Shown here: positions 29,472 to 48,318 of the stretch, piece by piece
How positions within the stretch are numbered: the stretch's first letter is position 1
How the letters are laid out: each line of letters starts with the position of its first letter
Source: Anaeromyces robustus
Lineage: Eukaryota
DNA length: 64,000 bases
Direction of reading: 5' to 3'
Assembly (NCBI GenBank): GCA_002104895.1
Contig: MCFG01000003.1
Coordinates: 372,001-436,000, forward strand
Program-made: the position numbers and the translations under genes
The notes under the pieces: model-generated
The model's database searches: none
What the model saw: only the letters and a program-made list of their open reading frames with translations
What the model was told of the DNA's origin: nothing

Positions 29472-30865
29472 AAATAATAATTAAACTATAATTTTTTACA
29501 TAAATAAATTTACTTTTCAAAATATATAAATAATATATAAATAAACTTTATCTTATCTAAAATACTTTTTTTTATCAATATTTACTATTATTTACATTAT
29601 AACATTTTATTATTATTATAACTTAATACATAAATTATATTATCAAAGAATAAAATATATAAAAATAAAATATTTAAATGAATATACTCTGAAAAAAATT
29701 ATAATAAATAATAAACAGAGATTAAAATAATTTATAATATAAATATATGTGTATTATATATTATTTTTATCAATTTATTTTTTCTTTACCAATTTTTTTT
29801 TGTTTGTTTTTTGATATCATCTTAACTAAATTCTAATAATAACAAATTAATAATATATACAAATAAAATAATCTTATAAATGAAAACTAAATATATAAAT
29901 AGTAAGAAGGTGTTAATGTATCTTTAAAGTAAATATAATAATTTTAAATAATATATAAAAAAAATTATTGTTAAAAAGTAAATTTATTTTATCATTACAC
30001 AGACGAAAATGTTTAATTTTAAATATAAATTTTTATTTTAAATTATTATATAATAAAATAATATAAAAATAAGATTTTCTTTTTTCTTTTTACTTTTTTT
30101 TTTTTTTTTTTTCTTTTCGTAGCACCTTAAAAAAAAAAACATTTTTAATATTTATGCTATTAGAAATTTTTTTTATATAATTGAATAAAATTTGAAAATT
30201 TGCAATAGTAAAAAAGCAATTCTTAGTTCTTCAGGAAACAGCAATATAACTTAAAAAAAAAAATTATATTTTTTTTATTCTTTTCTTAAATATTTCAATT
30301 ATATAAAAGTTTTATTAAATTATTACATAAAAAATTTGTATATTTGTATTTTGTTGTTGTTATATTCGTATTTAATATTAATTAAACAAATAACGATTCT
30401 GAAAAGTATATATAACTGATATTGATAACAAGATAGAAGCTATTATAATAATATGAATAAAATTATTTGAAGAACAATTAAATTCAATTATCTTTATTAT
30501 TATTATTATTATTATTATTATTTTAATTGTTTCTTTCATATATATTATTAATATAAATATTATATACAGGTCTTTTTCCTCTTATATTATTAGTTGAGAC
30601 TATTTAAAATTTATTTTATTTGTCTGTCTGTTTATTGTTTTTTGTTTTTTGATATTCTTTATATATTTACTATATTTAAAATCATTTACTTTACTGAAAA
30701 ATTAATAAATGAATTATACAAAATTTAATATTGATAAAAATTTCAATATAAACTTTATTATTAATAAAATAATAACCTAAATTAAATATAATAATATTTA
30801 TGAATCAATTTTTTTTTTTATTTTTTTTTTTTTTTTTTAATAAAAATTATTCAAATATTAACAAA

Positions 30866-31680
30866 ATGAAGGCATTAAATTTCATATTTTGTTTAGCTTT
30901 AATTGTTTTTGGAGTAAATGCTCTTTATGAAGGAGAAAATATTACTCCTTTAAATAATGAAAATTTCAATAAAGAAGTTATAGATATTGCAGTAAATATA
31001 TAATAATAAATAAATTTCATATTTTTATATATAATTTTTTTTTTTTTTTCGGTTGATATAGATTTTCTTTTAAAATAAAATATAAAAGAAAAAGAAAATA
31101 TATATATATATTTAAATACATTTATAATATAATTATAAAAAAATAAAAATATTTATTTTTTTTATTTATTTTTTCCATTTTAATATATAAGCAAGTAAAT
31201 GTTGTTGTATTCTATAAAAATGAAGGAGCAAATGAAAGATTAACAAAAGAAATAACTACTGTTAGTGACAAATTAAGAGGATTTATTAAAGTTGGTAGTG
31301 TAAATTGTGAAATTGAAGAAAACGAATCATTATGTATTACAGAAGAAGTTACTGAATATCCACAAATTAATGTTTATTACCCAGCACCAGCTGATGGTAA
31401 TTCTAAGGGTGTTATTAAAAAGTCTAGAATTGGTAAATTTAAAAATCTATTATAATAACTTTTGTTTTATAATATTATTGTTTTAATAATTATTACTCGT
31501 ATTATTATTAGTAAATTGTTATTTTTATCATAATTAAACATAATTCATTTATTTATCCAATTTATATTTTTAGATTTAATTTCATTTATTAATATTCACA
31601 TTATTTATATAATTTCTTTTATAATTATAATATCTAATTATTTATTCGTACTTATTAATTTAATTTATTCATTTATTCAT

Positions 31681-31715
<35 letters not shown>

Positions 31716-31728
31716 TTCATTTATTCAT

Positions 31729-31791
<63 letters not shown>

Positions 31792-33022
31792 TTAATTTAT
31801 TCATTTATTAATTTATTCATTTATTCATTTTTTTTAATCTTTTATTTGGTTTAATTATTTTTTTTTATTTATATGTATATTAAATTTATTATTTTTTTTT
31901 TGTTTTTCTTTATATATCTATTAAATTCATTAGTTTACCAAGGTCCAAAAAAAGCTAAATACATTGCTGAATATGCCACTAAAAGTATTGTTTCTCTCGT
32001 AGCCCCAATTATCGGTGGTGAAACTGTTACTAATGCCAAAATAAATTACAATGCATTCTTAAATGTTAAAACTTACCCAAAGCTTATCCTTTGTACTGAT
32101 AAACCAGAAACTCCACTTCTTTTCAGAGCACTTAGTTTAGAATATTTCGGTAAATTAATTTTAGGTGAAATTTCTCACACTGAAAAAGATTTAATTGAAA
32201 AATTAAATGTTACCAAATTCCCAACTATTTTCTATTACGAAGCTGAATCTAATGAACCAATTTTATTTGAAGGTAATAATATGATAAGAAATAAATAAAT
32301 AAATGAAATGAAATAAATAATAGAAATAGAAATAAAAATAATTAATATATATATATATATATAGGTAAGGGTAATCATGATGGTATTGTTGCTTTTATTG
32401 AAGAAAGAGAAAAAATAACTAAGGAAAACGCTGAAAAAGCTAAAAAACAAGAACAATTATGTAAGAAAAAAAGAAACTATATTTATATATTGATATTTAT
32501 ATGAATTAATAATTTAAATTATAATATATATATTCATATATTTACTAAAAAAAATTAAATAAAAAATAAAAATAAAAATAAAAATTAGATGATCCAATGC
32601 CAGAAGAAATTAAAACTCAAGAAGATTTATTAAAATGTATTAACGGTTATGGTGTTTGTGCTATTTCTATTTTAGCTTACGAACCAGATTTCGAAGAAAG
32701 TGTTAAACAACATAATGATGAAATCGAAATTTTAAAGAATTTAAAAGAACAAAATAAAAAGGTTGGTGGACCATTTAAATATGTCTGGATCAACAGTGTT
32801 GAACACGGTAAAAAATTCATAAAAGATTTTGATGTTCCAGATATGCTTCCAGTCTTTATGATCGTTAATGGTAAAAAGAAAGTTTATCGTGTAGATCGTG
32901 GTGCATTTGTTGAAGAATCTATTAGTAGTTTCTTAAAAGATGTCAGAATGGGAAGAGGTAGATTCTTTACCTACAAATTTGAACCACAACTTGACTATGA
33001 TAATGTTAAAGATGAACTTTAA
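30866..33022 (+). CDS. ER-resident thioredoxin-fold/PDI-like protein (Mpd1/P5-like) lacking the CxxC active site
   Basis: Signal peptide MKALNFIFCLALIVFGVNA. Trx-like LNNENFNKEV...VVVFY...IKVGSVNCEIEENESLC...VTEYPQI. Second domain TPLLFRALSLEY...VTKFPTI. P5-like C-terminal domain ending KDEL. Confidence 0.88.
31660..31830. repeat. (TTTA)n microsatellite with TTCA variants, PDI-like intron
   Basis: Directly visible. Confidence 0.9.
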
Positions 33023-33195
33023 ATAAAATAACAATAAAATAAAATAATAAATATATATATGTAATATAAAATATAAAATATGAATTAAAAAAAAAATAAT
33101 AATAATAAATATATAATTAAAACATATAAAATAATATAAAAAAATGAAAATGGGATTTATATGTAAAAATTGTTAAAATAGAAATATTATTATAA

Positions 33196-33233
<38 letters not shown>

Positions 33234-33620
33234 GCAATTAAAATAAAAAAAATTTTTTTTTTTTTTTTCAAATAAATAACTATATAATAATTGTACTTTT
33301 ATTTTATATACTTTAAAATATTAAAACTTTTTTATAGTTTTTTTTATTTTATTTATTTTTTTATTTATTTATTTATTTATTTATTTATACTTATATATGT
33401 GTTTAATATTTTTTATTATTATATATAATTTATTCCTTTCTTTATATATATATATATATATATATTATTTTATTTTATTTATTTTATTTATTTTATTTTA
33501 TTTATATAATAATTGTTTCTATTAAAACTACGTGTATATAAATTAATAATGTTTTAAAAAAAAATAATGTTTAAAAAAAAAATAATAATAATTGTTATTT
33601 ATTTATTTTTTATTTAATAT

Positions 33621-33672
<52 letters not shown>

Positions 33673-34039
33673 TTTTTGTTTATTATTTTATTGTTATAAT
33701 TATTTTTTAATTCTTTTATTTTTTTTTTTTTTTTTTTTTTATTCGTTTTTTATGATTTTGTTGTTTATTCTTTGTTTTCGTTTTTTTTTTTTTTTTTTTT
33801 TTTAATCTTATATATATATATATATAATAAATACCATTTTTGTTTTTTACTATTATAAATCTATTTTGTTTTATTTTTATATTTATTAAAACAAAAATAT
33901 TAATATTCTATATTAAACATTTTTTGATTAATATTATAATACATATATATTAAGATAAAATATTATATAATAATATATATATATATATATATATATTTCT
34001 TTTTCTTTTTTCTTTTTTCTTTTTTCTTTATCTTTTTTC

Positions 34040-34076
<37 letters not shown>

Positions 34077-34499
34077 TATTTTTATTGTTGTTGTTGTTTT
34101 TGATTTTTTTGTTTCTTTTTTTTTTTTATATTATATATATATATATATAAAACATTAATATGTAACAAATTAAATCACATTAATATTTTATATATTCATA
34201 TAATAAATTATATAATAATATTATTCTTATTATATTAACATTATTATATTATTTAGATTCAGAAATGTATTTTTTTTTTTTTTTTAATTTTTTATTATTA
34301 TTATTGTTATTATTTTTATTATTATTATTATTATTATTTATTATTATTATTGTTATTGTTATTATTGTTATTATTATTCGTTATTTATGAAATTATATTT
34401 ATATATATTATATATTTTAAAATCTTTTTAATTTTCTTTTTTTTTTTGTTTTTTTGTTTTTTTTTTTTTTTGTTTTGTTTTTGTTTTTTTGTTTTGTTT

Positions 34500-34530
<31 letters not shown>

Positions 34531-34655
34531 TTGTTTTTTTTTCTAAAAATAAACCATGAGGATAATTAAGTTGACTATTTACTATTAAATTATTAAAAAT
34601 TGTTTAATTTTTAATTTTTATTATTACTATTAATAATTTATCAATTATAATTGTT

Positions 34656-37575
<2,920 letters not shown>

Positions 37576-37831
37576 CTATAATTTAATAAAATTTCAAATT
37601 AATTTTTATAAAAATAATAAAAAACAAAAATTTAGAATTAATTAAACAAAAATAAGCAATAAATTATAACAAATATAGAAAATAATAATATAGAATATCA
37701 AATAATAATAATGCTTCATTAATAATTCTTTATATAACTGACAAAAACTTTGAATATCAAATTAATATTTTAATTATTGATTTATATTCAAATATTGATT
37801 TACTCATTCATTTGTTATTTTTTTTATTTCT

Positions 37832-37894
<63 letters not shown>

Positions 37895-38834
37895 TTGCAT
37901 ATTTGCCTTTTACGTATAAAAAAATATAAAATATATGAACATTTCGTTTTAAATTATAAAAAAAAAATTTAAATAATAAAAAAATTAAAAAAAGAAAAAT
38001 TATTATCATTTAAATAGTCAATATTCTAACTTTATTCCCTATATACTGAATTCTATATTAATATTAACTTGGTCAATATAAAAATGTTTAATTCGTCTTT
38101 GATTTTATTCAAATAGTTTATCATATAATTCTTTTAATAAATTTTTATTATTAATTATATAAATATTTATAAAATAATATACCTTATATAAATTTCTTTT
38201 ATCAATTTATTATATTATTTTGAGAGAAGTTTTATTGTTTTTTTTTTCTTTTGTTTGTTTGTTTGTTTGTTTTTTTGTTTGTATTTTAGTCTTTGTTTTT
38301 CTATGTTTGTTTTGATTTTTATTTCACTTTATTTGTTTTGTTTAATATACTTCCAATACTTTATTTCTTCTTCAAAAAGAAAATTTATTATTATGTTATT
38401 ATATTGGAAAAGAAAAGAAAAAAAAAAACTTTATTAATAAATAGTTGAATAATTTAATAAATAGTTAATTATTTTATTAAAGTAATTATATCAACGAAAT
38501 TAATAACTAAATTAATAATTTAATAAATTAATAAATAAATAAATTAAGTTTTTTTAGAAAAAAAAATATTATAAAATTGAGATAAAAAAATAGGTAATCA
38601 AAATATTTTTTAAAATAAGAAAAACTTTTATATTTTAATTTTATTTTTCTTATTTTTAGTAAAAATATATATGTTTAATTGCCAAATTATAATTTTTAGT
38701 TACTTAAAAAAAAAAGAAAGAAAAAATAATAAATAAATATTATTTTTTATTAAAAAATTTAAATAAATAAAAATAAAATTATAAATATCATAAAACATAA
38801 AATTGAGAAAATTATTAATTTATTAATTTATTTG

Positions 38835-38836
38835 AT

Positions 38837-38907
<71 letters not shown>

Positions 38908-38924
38908 GTTATTTATTTATTTAG

Positions 38925-38979
<55 letters not shown>

Positions 38980-39022
38980 GTTATCTAGTTATTTATTTAG
39001 TTATTTAGTTATTTATTTATTT
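38835..39022. repeat. (TTTA)n microsatellite, intergenic
   Basis: Directly visible. Confidence 0.93.
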
Positions 39023-41170
39023 ATATGTATTTTATCTTTTAATTAATAATATATTATAATATTAACATTTAATAATCAACAATACTATATTTAATTATAT
39101 ATAATTCCTTTTTCTTAATATTTTTTATACTAAATATAATATATTATTTCACACTTACATTATCATATATATATTATTGTATTTTCTTTATGATTTATAA
39201 TTTACAAATTTTATTAATTAATAAATAATAATTAATCCCAGTAATATAAATAATATAGATTGTATTACAATTTAATAAATTAATTAATATTAAATATAAC
39301 ATGTTTTTTCTGTTTTTTAATTTGCTATTTGTTATTGATGAGGCTTTATTATTAAGATAGTATATTGAATGTATCTTTTTTAAAATATTTATTATTAATT
39401 TTTCCAAAATAAGTAATTACCACATAAAATGTGGCTTTTTCTTTAAAAAAAATTGTTAACTATATAAACACAAAATTAATTAATAATTAATCACAAAGTT
39501 TAAATGTTATTATGTTAAATTAAAAAAAAATTAATAAATAATTAAAAATAAATATATATGTAAATAACTATCAAAAAAAAAATATATATATATAAAAATA
39601 AAAATAAAAAAAAAAAAAATAAAAAAATAAAAAAGCCAACTTAAAATATTACCACAAAAAATAATAATTTGTCATTTTTTTTTTCATTTTTTTTAAAAAT
39701 GATAATATATAAATAGGCCTCCAGTATTTTATTTATTTTCACTAAATATTTTTGTAAAATTTGTTTAAATATATAAAAGAATATTATCAATAAATTGTTA
39801 TTCTAATTATTAAGAAATAAAGAAATTCAATATTAAAAATTTATTGTTAAATATAAAACATTTGTTATATATAAAACATAAAACAAAAAATTATAAGTAA
39901 ATCTAATATTATTTGTCAATTCTATAGCATAAAATTAGAGAAATATATTAAGAATAACAAATAATATAATGAATTATAAATGATTAGCCTATTTAATAGT
40001 TAACTAATAACAATCATTATAAGAATATTCAGAATATTGACAAGAATTCTTATTATTGATAAAATCATTTAAATTAATATTTTATATAATTGTTATTTAT
40101 ATTACATATCAAAATAACTTTATTTTTTATAATTATAGTGATAATAATAATATAATTTTTAAATAATATAATATAATATACAAAAATTATCATTAATAAT
40201 TAAAGTATTAATACTAATTGTATTTATAATATTTAAATATATATTATAAAACTAATTATTTTTGATAGAATAATTGTTTAAAATTATAAGATAAATTTAA
40301 ATTTGTGCAACCTATACAAGTTTATCTTTACAATTTCATCTAACCTTTTAAAACATATATAACCTAACCTACAAATTGAATTGTTATTTTTTTTTTTTTT
40401 AACTATTAATAATTACTAACAATATATATTTAATTACATTAAAACAATAAAATATAAACAATTATTATAGATTTATTTACTATAAGTTGTTAAATAATTG
40501 ATAATTAATCGTTTTTTGTTTTTTATTAATATTTTATATATATTTTTACATTTATTTTTAGTTGAATAAATATTTAATATTTTTTATACCAAAAAGTATT
40601 GCTTTATTAATTTATTAAAAATTTAAAATTATATATATTTACATATTTACATATATATTTTATTTTATGTATTTGAAATGTGGAAAATTACAGAATTAAT
40701 AAAAAAAAAATAATTAAATTAAATTATGTATCTTTTTCAAAATTTATTCAATATCAATAAACATAAAATTATATAGAATAAAACAAAATTAAATGATTTA
40801 TTTATTTATTATTTATATATTCATTTATTTATTAAATATATTTTAATTTAATTTTTTTTTTTTTTTTAAATTATATATATATTAAAAATATTAAAAATAT
40901 ATATTATAATATTATGAAAATTAAATTTATTTTATATAAAATATTTTATTTTTTTTAACAGCAGTTTTTAATTATATTCTTTATACTTATTTTATATATT
41001 TAATAATAATTATTTCTTTCAAAATAATTATTTAAAGAAGTTATTTTTAACTTATTATATAATTATATACAAATACTAATACTAAAAAATATATAAATTT
41101 GGATTAATTCATAAAGAAAAAAAAAATATATATATATACATATATATACTTTAAAAATTAAATACATACA

Positions 41171-42131
41171 ATGATGACTGAATTTTTACCTGATGAAATA
41201 AATCATCATGAAATTAAAGAATTAACACAGGAACAAGAAGAACAATATAATGAAGTATTAATGGTATTAATCAAAATTAAAAATTAAATTTATAAATATT
41301 TAAATATTTATATACGTTCATATACATATATATTATTATTGTTATTTTATATTTATAATAATTATATTAAAATGTTTAAAATGTATTAAAAGAATATTCA
41401 ACGTGATATAAATATTCTTGGTGAAATTTCTTCAGATCGTTTATCAAAAAAAAGAGCCTTAGAAAAAATTAAAAGAGAAACAATTGGAAGTAAAAAAAGA
41501 TTATCACTTGAAATTTTACAAAAAATTTTTTTTAATATATCAAATGCTTTAGTAAGATGTCTTGGAGATTCAGTTGAAAAATGTCGTGAACTTTCTACCC
41601 AAATTATTACAGAGTATTTTTTTTTTAAATTAGTAATTTTAATTTGAAAATTTCATTCAATTAATGTTATCTATATTAAAATAATTATATTTAATATATT
41701 ATAATTATACATTATATTTAAAAAAATATATATTATATATATAATTTTTTATTATATTATATATATTCATGTATTATATAAATTATAATATTTGCAAATC
41801 AATTTAATTTTTAAATCAACAACAAATTATAATAATATAAATATTATAATAAAATAAATTTAAAAAATTTATTTTAAAAGATTTGTTGAAACAATTGACC
41901 CTGTACCATTTATATCATATTTAATGCCAGTTTTTGTTAATCGTTATTCACAACCAGAAATCATTGAACCATCTGAAGAAATTCGTTTAGGAACAGTTGA
42001 ATTAATTTTAAAACTTTCTGATATATCAAAACGTGAAATAGCACCTTTTGTTGAAGATATAGTTCGTATTTTAGATAGAACTTTACAAGATCCATATCCA
42101 GAAGTTAAAAAGGTTTTTTTAATTATTATTC

Positions 42132-42183
<52 letters not shown>

Positions 42184-43870
42184 TTATTGTTGTTGTTGTT
42201 GTTGTTATTGTTAATAATGTTAATATTATATTAATATTAATATATATATTTATTTATTTAACAACAACAAAGGTTTCTTGTAAAATAATAATAAGTTTAG
42301 TTGAAAATGCAGAACGTCAAGTTTCATTATTTGGGGAAAAAATAGTAAAAGCTTTAGCTCCAGCTTTACAACATAAACATTCTAGTGTTAGAATAATAGC
42401 TTTACAGGTATTTTATTTATTTTACTTTTCTCATGTTTTATAATATATATCATAATAATAATAATACAACGAAAATAATAGTAAGAATAATATAAAAATA
42501 ATGCCACATTAATCACAATATAAATTTAAATATATAAAATAAAAGGCATTAAAATATGCAGTAATTGCTGATGCTTCAGGATTAAATGATATAATGAATA
42601 CACTTTGTAATTTAACTCTTGATAAGACAGGTTCAGTACGTGAAGCTTTATATAAAACTGTAAGTGAATGGTTATTAAAATTACGTGATCGTTACGGTTA
42701 TGGAGATAAATTATTACCATTACTTTTTGCTGGTTATGTTGATGAAGTCCCCAAATATCAAGAACAGTGTAGATCTTATATGGATGAAATTGGTGCATTA
42801 TATGAATATGATTGGGAAAGTAGATTAAAAGATCAATTAGATTATACTCCAAATGATAATGATTCTAGTAAGTTGATAAAATGTTATATATATAATTTTA
42901 TTTATATCTTAGAATTAAAATTGAAATCATTACAATAAATATAAAAATGTATTAATATAATTTTTTAATTTAATTTTGTTTAATTTCATTTAATTTCATT
43001 TAATTTCATTTAATTTCATTTAATTTCATTTAATTTCATTTAATTTATTTTTATTTTTTTATTTTTTTATTTTTTTATTTTTTATTTTTTATTTTTTATT
43101 TCTTATTTTTATTTTTAATTAGATCGACCAAGAATTGGTTCAAGACATGTTGTTAGAGATAATATAATGAAAATTTTAGATAAATTATTAGAAGATATAC
43201 AGGATTGGAATGCTGAAAGAAGAAATAAAAGTAGTCAAATTTTAGTAGTATTATTTGATTTTGTAGAAGAACATATAACTGGTTATACTGGAAATATAAT
43301 ACCAATTTTTTGTAAAGTTTGTACTACGGATGAAATTTCATTACTTCAATCTGTAAGTTTTTATATTATAATATATATATATATATATTTATAAATATAT
43401 TGTCATTATATTTATATTATTTTTATTATTCATTTTAAAAATTTAGATTGGAAAATCAGCTGAATTGATGGGTCATTATGTTGAACCATCTGTTTGGCTT
43501 GACGTTATTACTCCACAAATTAAAAGAAGTGCAGGTGGTGCTGTTCAGAGTCGTATAGGATGTCTTAAAGTTTTAGGATCCCTTATTCGTGGAAGTGATC
43601 CAGAAAAATTATCAGCTAGTATTAAACAAATTTCATCAATAATCAACGAAAATGAGTTAATACATAATGAAAATGTTTTCCTTTTATTAGAAGTTTCCGT
43701 AGTTGTTCAAGAAATTATTAATAAATTATTACCATCTTGTATTACTGATACTAATAAAGGTTTAGAAGAGAGTATTGGTTTTATTTATTTCTATATTCTT
43801 GTTCAATTAAAATCATCTGAAAATAATGTTAATGTTCCAGGCGTTAAAGCAATACATACTAATGTAATAT

Positions 43871-43936
<66 letters not shown>

Positions 43937-43939
43937 GTA

Positions 43940-43981
<42 letters not shown>

Positions 43982-45045
43982 TATATAAATATACTATTAT
44001 TATATATTATTTTATATTATTTTATATTAATTTTATTATATACTTTTTTTTATCGTTTAATTTACATACCCTTTATCTATTTATTTAAATTAATATATAA
44101 TTTTCTCAATATAGGTTGATAATTCTTTAAAAACATTATCTGAAAAGCATGGATTTGAATCAATATTTCAATTATATAATTACTATTTTGATACATTAAT
44201 GAATGAATTAACTAAGAATATTGATGTTTGGAATTCATATTCTATAGAACCAAAAGTTTATTATATATTACTTGAAAATTCTGGTGAATTAATTGGTCAA
44301 AGATTAGATATTATTATTTCTAATTTCATTACTTTATTTAATGTAGAAAGAGATTTTGAAACTAGAATAAGGTTTATATTATTTTATTTCATTTACTTTT
44401 ATTTACATTATATATGAATATGAAATATATAATATTATTTTTTATTTATTTATTTATTTATTTTTATTTTATTTTATTTTATTTTTTATTTTTTTTTATA
44501 AATATTTATATTCCGTCATATTATATATATATATATATATAATTTATCATATTCTGTAAACATAGAATGTTTTCATTATTATATAAATTATTAACTAGTG
44601 AACCATTATCTTTAAATTCTGATTATCAATTATTATTGTATTCTAAGAAAATTATTACTGATATATTTATTTCTAATGGTATTTGGAGAGCTGGTAAAAA
44701 AGCAACTATTGTTCGTGCTAAAGATATGGAATGTTTCTTAGCTTATCTTAATTTACAAGATAAATTAAAGGAAAATGAAGAACGTATTATAGATAATCAA
44801 GTTATTGAAGAAATTATGGAAAAAGAATTATTACCAGTTTTAATTAGTTGTTTAGAAGATGATGATGTTAATACAAGAGAAAATGTTTTAAAGATATTTA
44901 ATAAATTATTCCATAAAGATTATTGCAAAGCATATAATGGTAAAAGTTATTTTTATTCTTATTTTTTTTTTTTTAATATCTATTTATATAAATTTATATT
45001 GTATTAAAGATTATATATTAAATATTAAATTAATATATTAAAATA

Positions 45046-45111
<66 letters not shown>

Positions 45112-45675
45112 GCTGAATTATTTAAGAAAATTTATCCCGAATTATTAAAAAGAATGGATGATGCTAGTGATGTTATTAGAGAACATACAACTAAAACATT
45201 CCAATACTTATTTAATTGTATATCTGATTGGCAAAATTATATACAAAATATCGAAATGGATTCCAGTGAGACTTATATTGAAAAATCTTTAGATGATATA
45301 CATTATCAAACAATTATTAAAGGTTTAGCTATTCATTTAGATGATTCTAGTAATATAATTCAAGTAAGTTTTTTTTTGTATTATTATTCTTATTATTCTT
45401 AATTTTTCTTTTCATTTTTTATCTATATATTATATATTTAAAATTTTATTTATTAAAAAATTAATTATTTTTATTTTAATATAAAATTTATTATATAGAA
45501 TGCTGTATGTGATACTTTTAAAAGTCTTGCTTTAGCTAGTCATACTTCACCAACATCATTATCAAATATTCCATTAAAAACAATGATTATTGAATATCTT
45601 AATAGTGTTCGTAATAAACATAGAAATAGTTATTATATAGATAATATTATTCAATATATTCAAAATTTAAAATAA
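41171..45675 (+). CDS. DNAAF5: Dynein axonemal assembly factor 5 (HEATR2) homolog, multi-exon HEAT-repeat protein
   Basis: RCLGDSVEKCRE; EPSEEIRL; LQDPYPEVKK; HKHSSVR; EWLLKLRDRYGYGDKLLPLL; RPRIGSRHVV; DIQDW; WRAGKKATIVR; IYPELLKRMDDASDVIR. These match HEATR2 family motifs in order. Confidence 0.92.
42981..43040. repeat. (TAATTTCATT)x6 decamer tandem repeat in a DNAAF5 intron
   Basis: Six perfect copies directly visible. Confidence 0.95.
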
Positions 45676-45865
45676 GCATTTGAAATGATTTTTGTTTTAT
45701 TTATTTATTTATTTATTTATTTTTTTTTTTTTTTTCATTATCTTAAATTACAAATTACGGAATTAACAAGCTAATATAAAATGCGAAAAAATAAAAAATA
45801 AAAATAAAAAATAATATATATTATATAATAAAGCATAATATTTTTATTATATGTTTTTTTAATTT

Positions 45866-45898
<33 letters not shown>

Positions 45899-46416
45899 CA
45901 TAACAAAATCAATTCATATATTGTATTAAAATAATAAAATAAAAAAATACACAAATTATTGTGCTTTTGATTAATTCTTTATTTTTATTTTTTATTTTTA
46001 TTATTTTTTTTATTATTTTTTTATTTTTATTTTTATTGTTTTTTATTTATTTTATTTTATTTTTTTTTTTTTTAATATTAATTTTTATAAAGAAAAAAAA
46101 AAAAATTATTTTTTTTAAAAGATTAAATTATTAAAAAATGTGAGTTTATATTAATGTTTATGTTTATGTTTGTTAATGTAGTTATTTTTTTTTTTTCTTT
46201 TAGATTATCTTTTATCTTGATTTTATATATATATATTTTAATATTTAATTATATATATATATTTTAATATTTAATTAAATGATAAAATGAAATAATATAT
46301 ATATTATTATAAAATTAATTTATTTTATTCCCGTTTCACATCTTTTTCATTTATTATTAATATTTTTATATATGATTCTAATTACTATTACTATTATTAT
46401 TTTTTTTATATTTATA

Positions 46417-46449
<33 letters not shown>

Positions 46450-46462
46450 CTTATATGTAAAT

Positions 46463-48318
46463 CTATTGAGTTGCACATTGAACACCTGGTTGTTCTTCAT
46501 CCATATCATCTCTTCTAGCATATCTATCACCAGATCTATTTCTTGAAGTATCTACATCACTTAAAGTAACTTCATCAACAATAGCGTCCTTTGGTATGCT
46601 ATCTTGTTTGCGTGATGGTAAAGCTGTTTCTAATAATGAAGCCTTTTCTGGAGTGTACCAGCTAGCATCTGGGAATTCTACTTCAAAGTTAATAATAAGA
46701 TTACCCTTGTCGAATGGTCTTCTGTAAGTTGGCATACCTTCACCAGTAATACATTTAGTTTCACCATTCTTTATGATTTCTCCTGGTATAATAGTTACCT
46801 TTAAGTATCTGTCATCAAGATGCTTTATAGAGAATTCACCACCAGTTAAGGCAGTTAAAAGATCAATTTTAGCTTCATAGTATAAATCACTTCCCTTTCT
46901 TTTAAATCTTGGATGTTCTCTTTCTTCTAAAATAATATGAATATCACCAGGGGTAATACCTGGTTGTTGATCAGCTTCACCAGAGAAAGTAATCTTTTGT
47001 TGATCTACCATACCCTTATCAACAAAGACTTCCAAAATCTTTTTATAACAAATTGTTTATATTATTTAAAAATAAAATAAAATTAAACAAAAAAAATAAA
47101 AAAATAAAAAAAATAAAAAAAAAATTAGACAATTAATATTATTAAATAATTTATAATTAATATTTTTATAATAAATAATAATTATTACATCATTCAATAT
47201 TATTTTATATAATTGTTATTATTTATGTTTTTATTTATTTTAATTTAAATTACTAACCTTCTTTTCCTTGACAACCTTCTTTCCCTTACAGACCTTACAA
47301 CGATCTTTTTCTTTGATGATAGAACCTTCACCATTACAATCTGGACAAGTTTGTTGCATTTGTTGAATCATTGGACCAATTCTATGAATGACAAGTTTAA
47401 TACCAGTACCATCACAAGTAGTACATTTTTTAACGGATCCTTCTTTTCCACCTCTACCTTCACAACTACTACAAACAACATTCTTCAAAAGAGATAATTT
47501 TTTAGTAGTACCATTATATAATTCTTCTAAGGAAACCTTGATTGTGTGAACCATATCTTTTCCTTTTTGTGGACGTGAACGTCTTTGAGAACCAAAACCA
47601 AAAGCATCACCGAAGAATGAGCTGAAGAGATCTTCTGCTCCCATACCACTCATACCATCACCACTGAGACCTTCTTCACCAACTAATCGTTTGAATATAT
47701 TTATTTATTTTTTATTTTTTTTGTTTTATTATTATTACCATCATTATTATTTTTTTAAAACAGTTATATATATTAAAATTAAAATTAGACAAGGATATAA
47801 TATTAAATGTAGTGATATTATTTTAATTAATGGAAATCAAATAATTTCTTTTTTTTTTTAATTAAAAATTAATATATAATAATTCTAATCTTACATCTAT
47901 CATATGTGGCACGCTTTTCACTATCTGAAAGAATTTCATATGCATGTGAAATATCTTTGAATTTATCACCAGCATTTGGATTCTATTTTTTTTTTATTTT
48001 TTTATTTTTTTATTTTTAGTTCAAAATTTAAGAAATGAGAATATTCAATTATTATCATTTTATAAAAGAATAATTACAGTATGAATAAGTAAAATGTTAA
48101 AAATTAATATTATATAATTAATATATATATAAATAATATTTATTATTCAATTATACATTGAATTAAATTAATATATAATATATATAAAATTGTATTTTTA
48201 TTGTAACCTTATCTGGATGGTATTTTAAAGCTAATTTTCTGTAAGCTTTTTTAAGTTCATTTTCAGTAGCATCTGGTGAAACACCTAAAGTATCGTAAAG
48301 TTTAGTATCCTTAACCAT
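46463..48318 (-). CDS. YDJ1: Type I DnaJ/Hsp40 co-chaperone (Ydj1/Mas5), 4 exons
   Basis: [13 protein letters not shown]...LKYHPDK J-domain, G/F region, four CxxCxGxG-type repeats and C-terminal CaaX box CATQ. Confidence 0.95.

Noticed and set aside
39195..39407. 70-aa ORF and other short intergenic ORFs (2184, 2258, 34350, 38255)
   Set aside because: Non-ATG or low-complexity, with no recognisable motif or splice context.
40360..40372. taacctaacct as a telomeric or Helentron-type motif
   Set aside because: Only two units and no other element structure.
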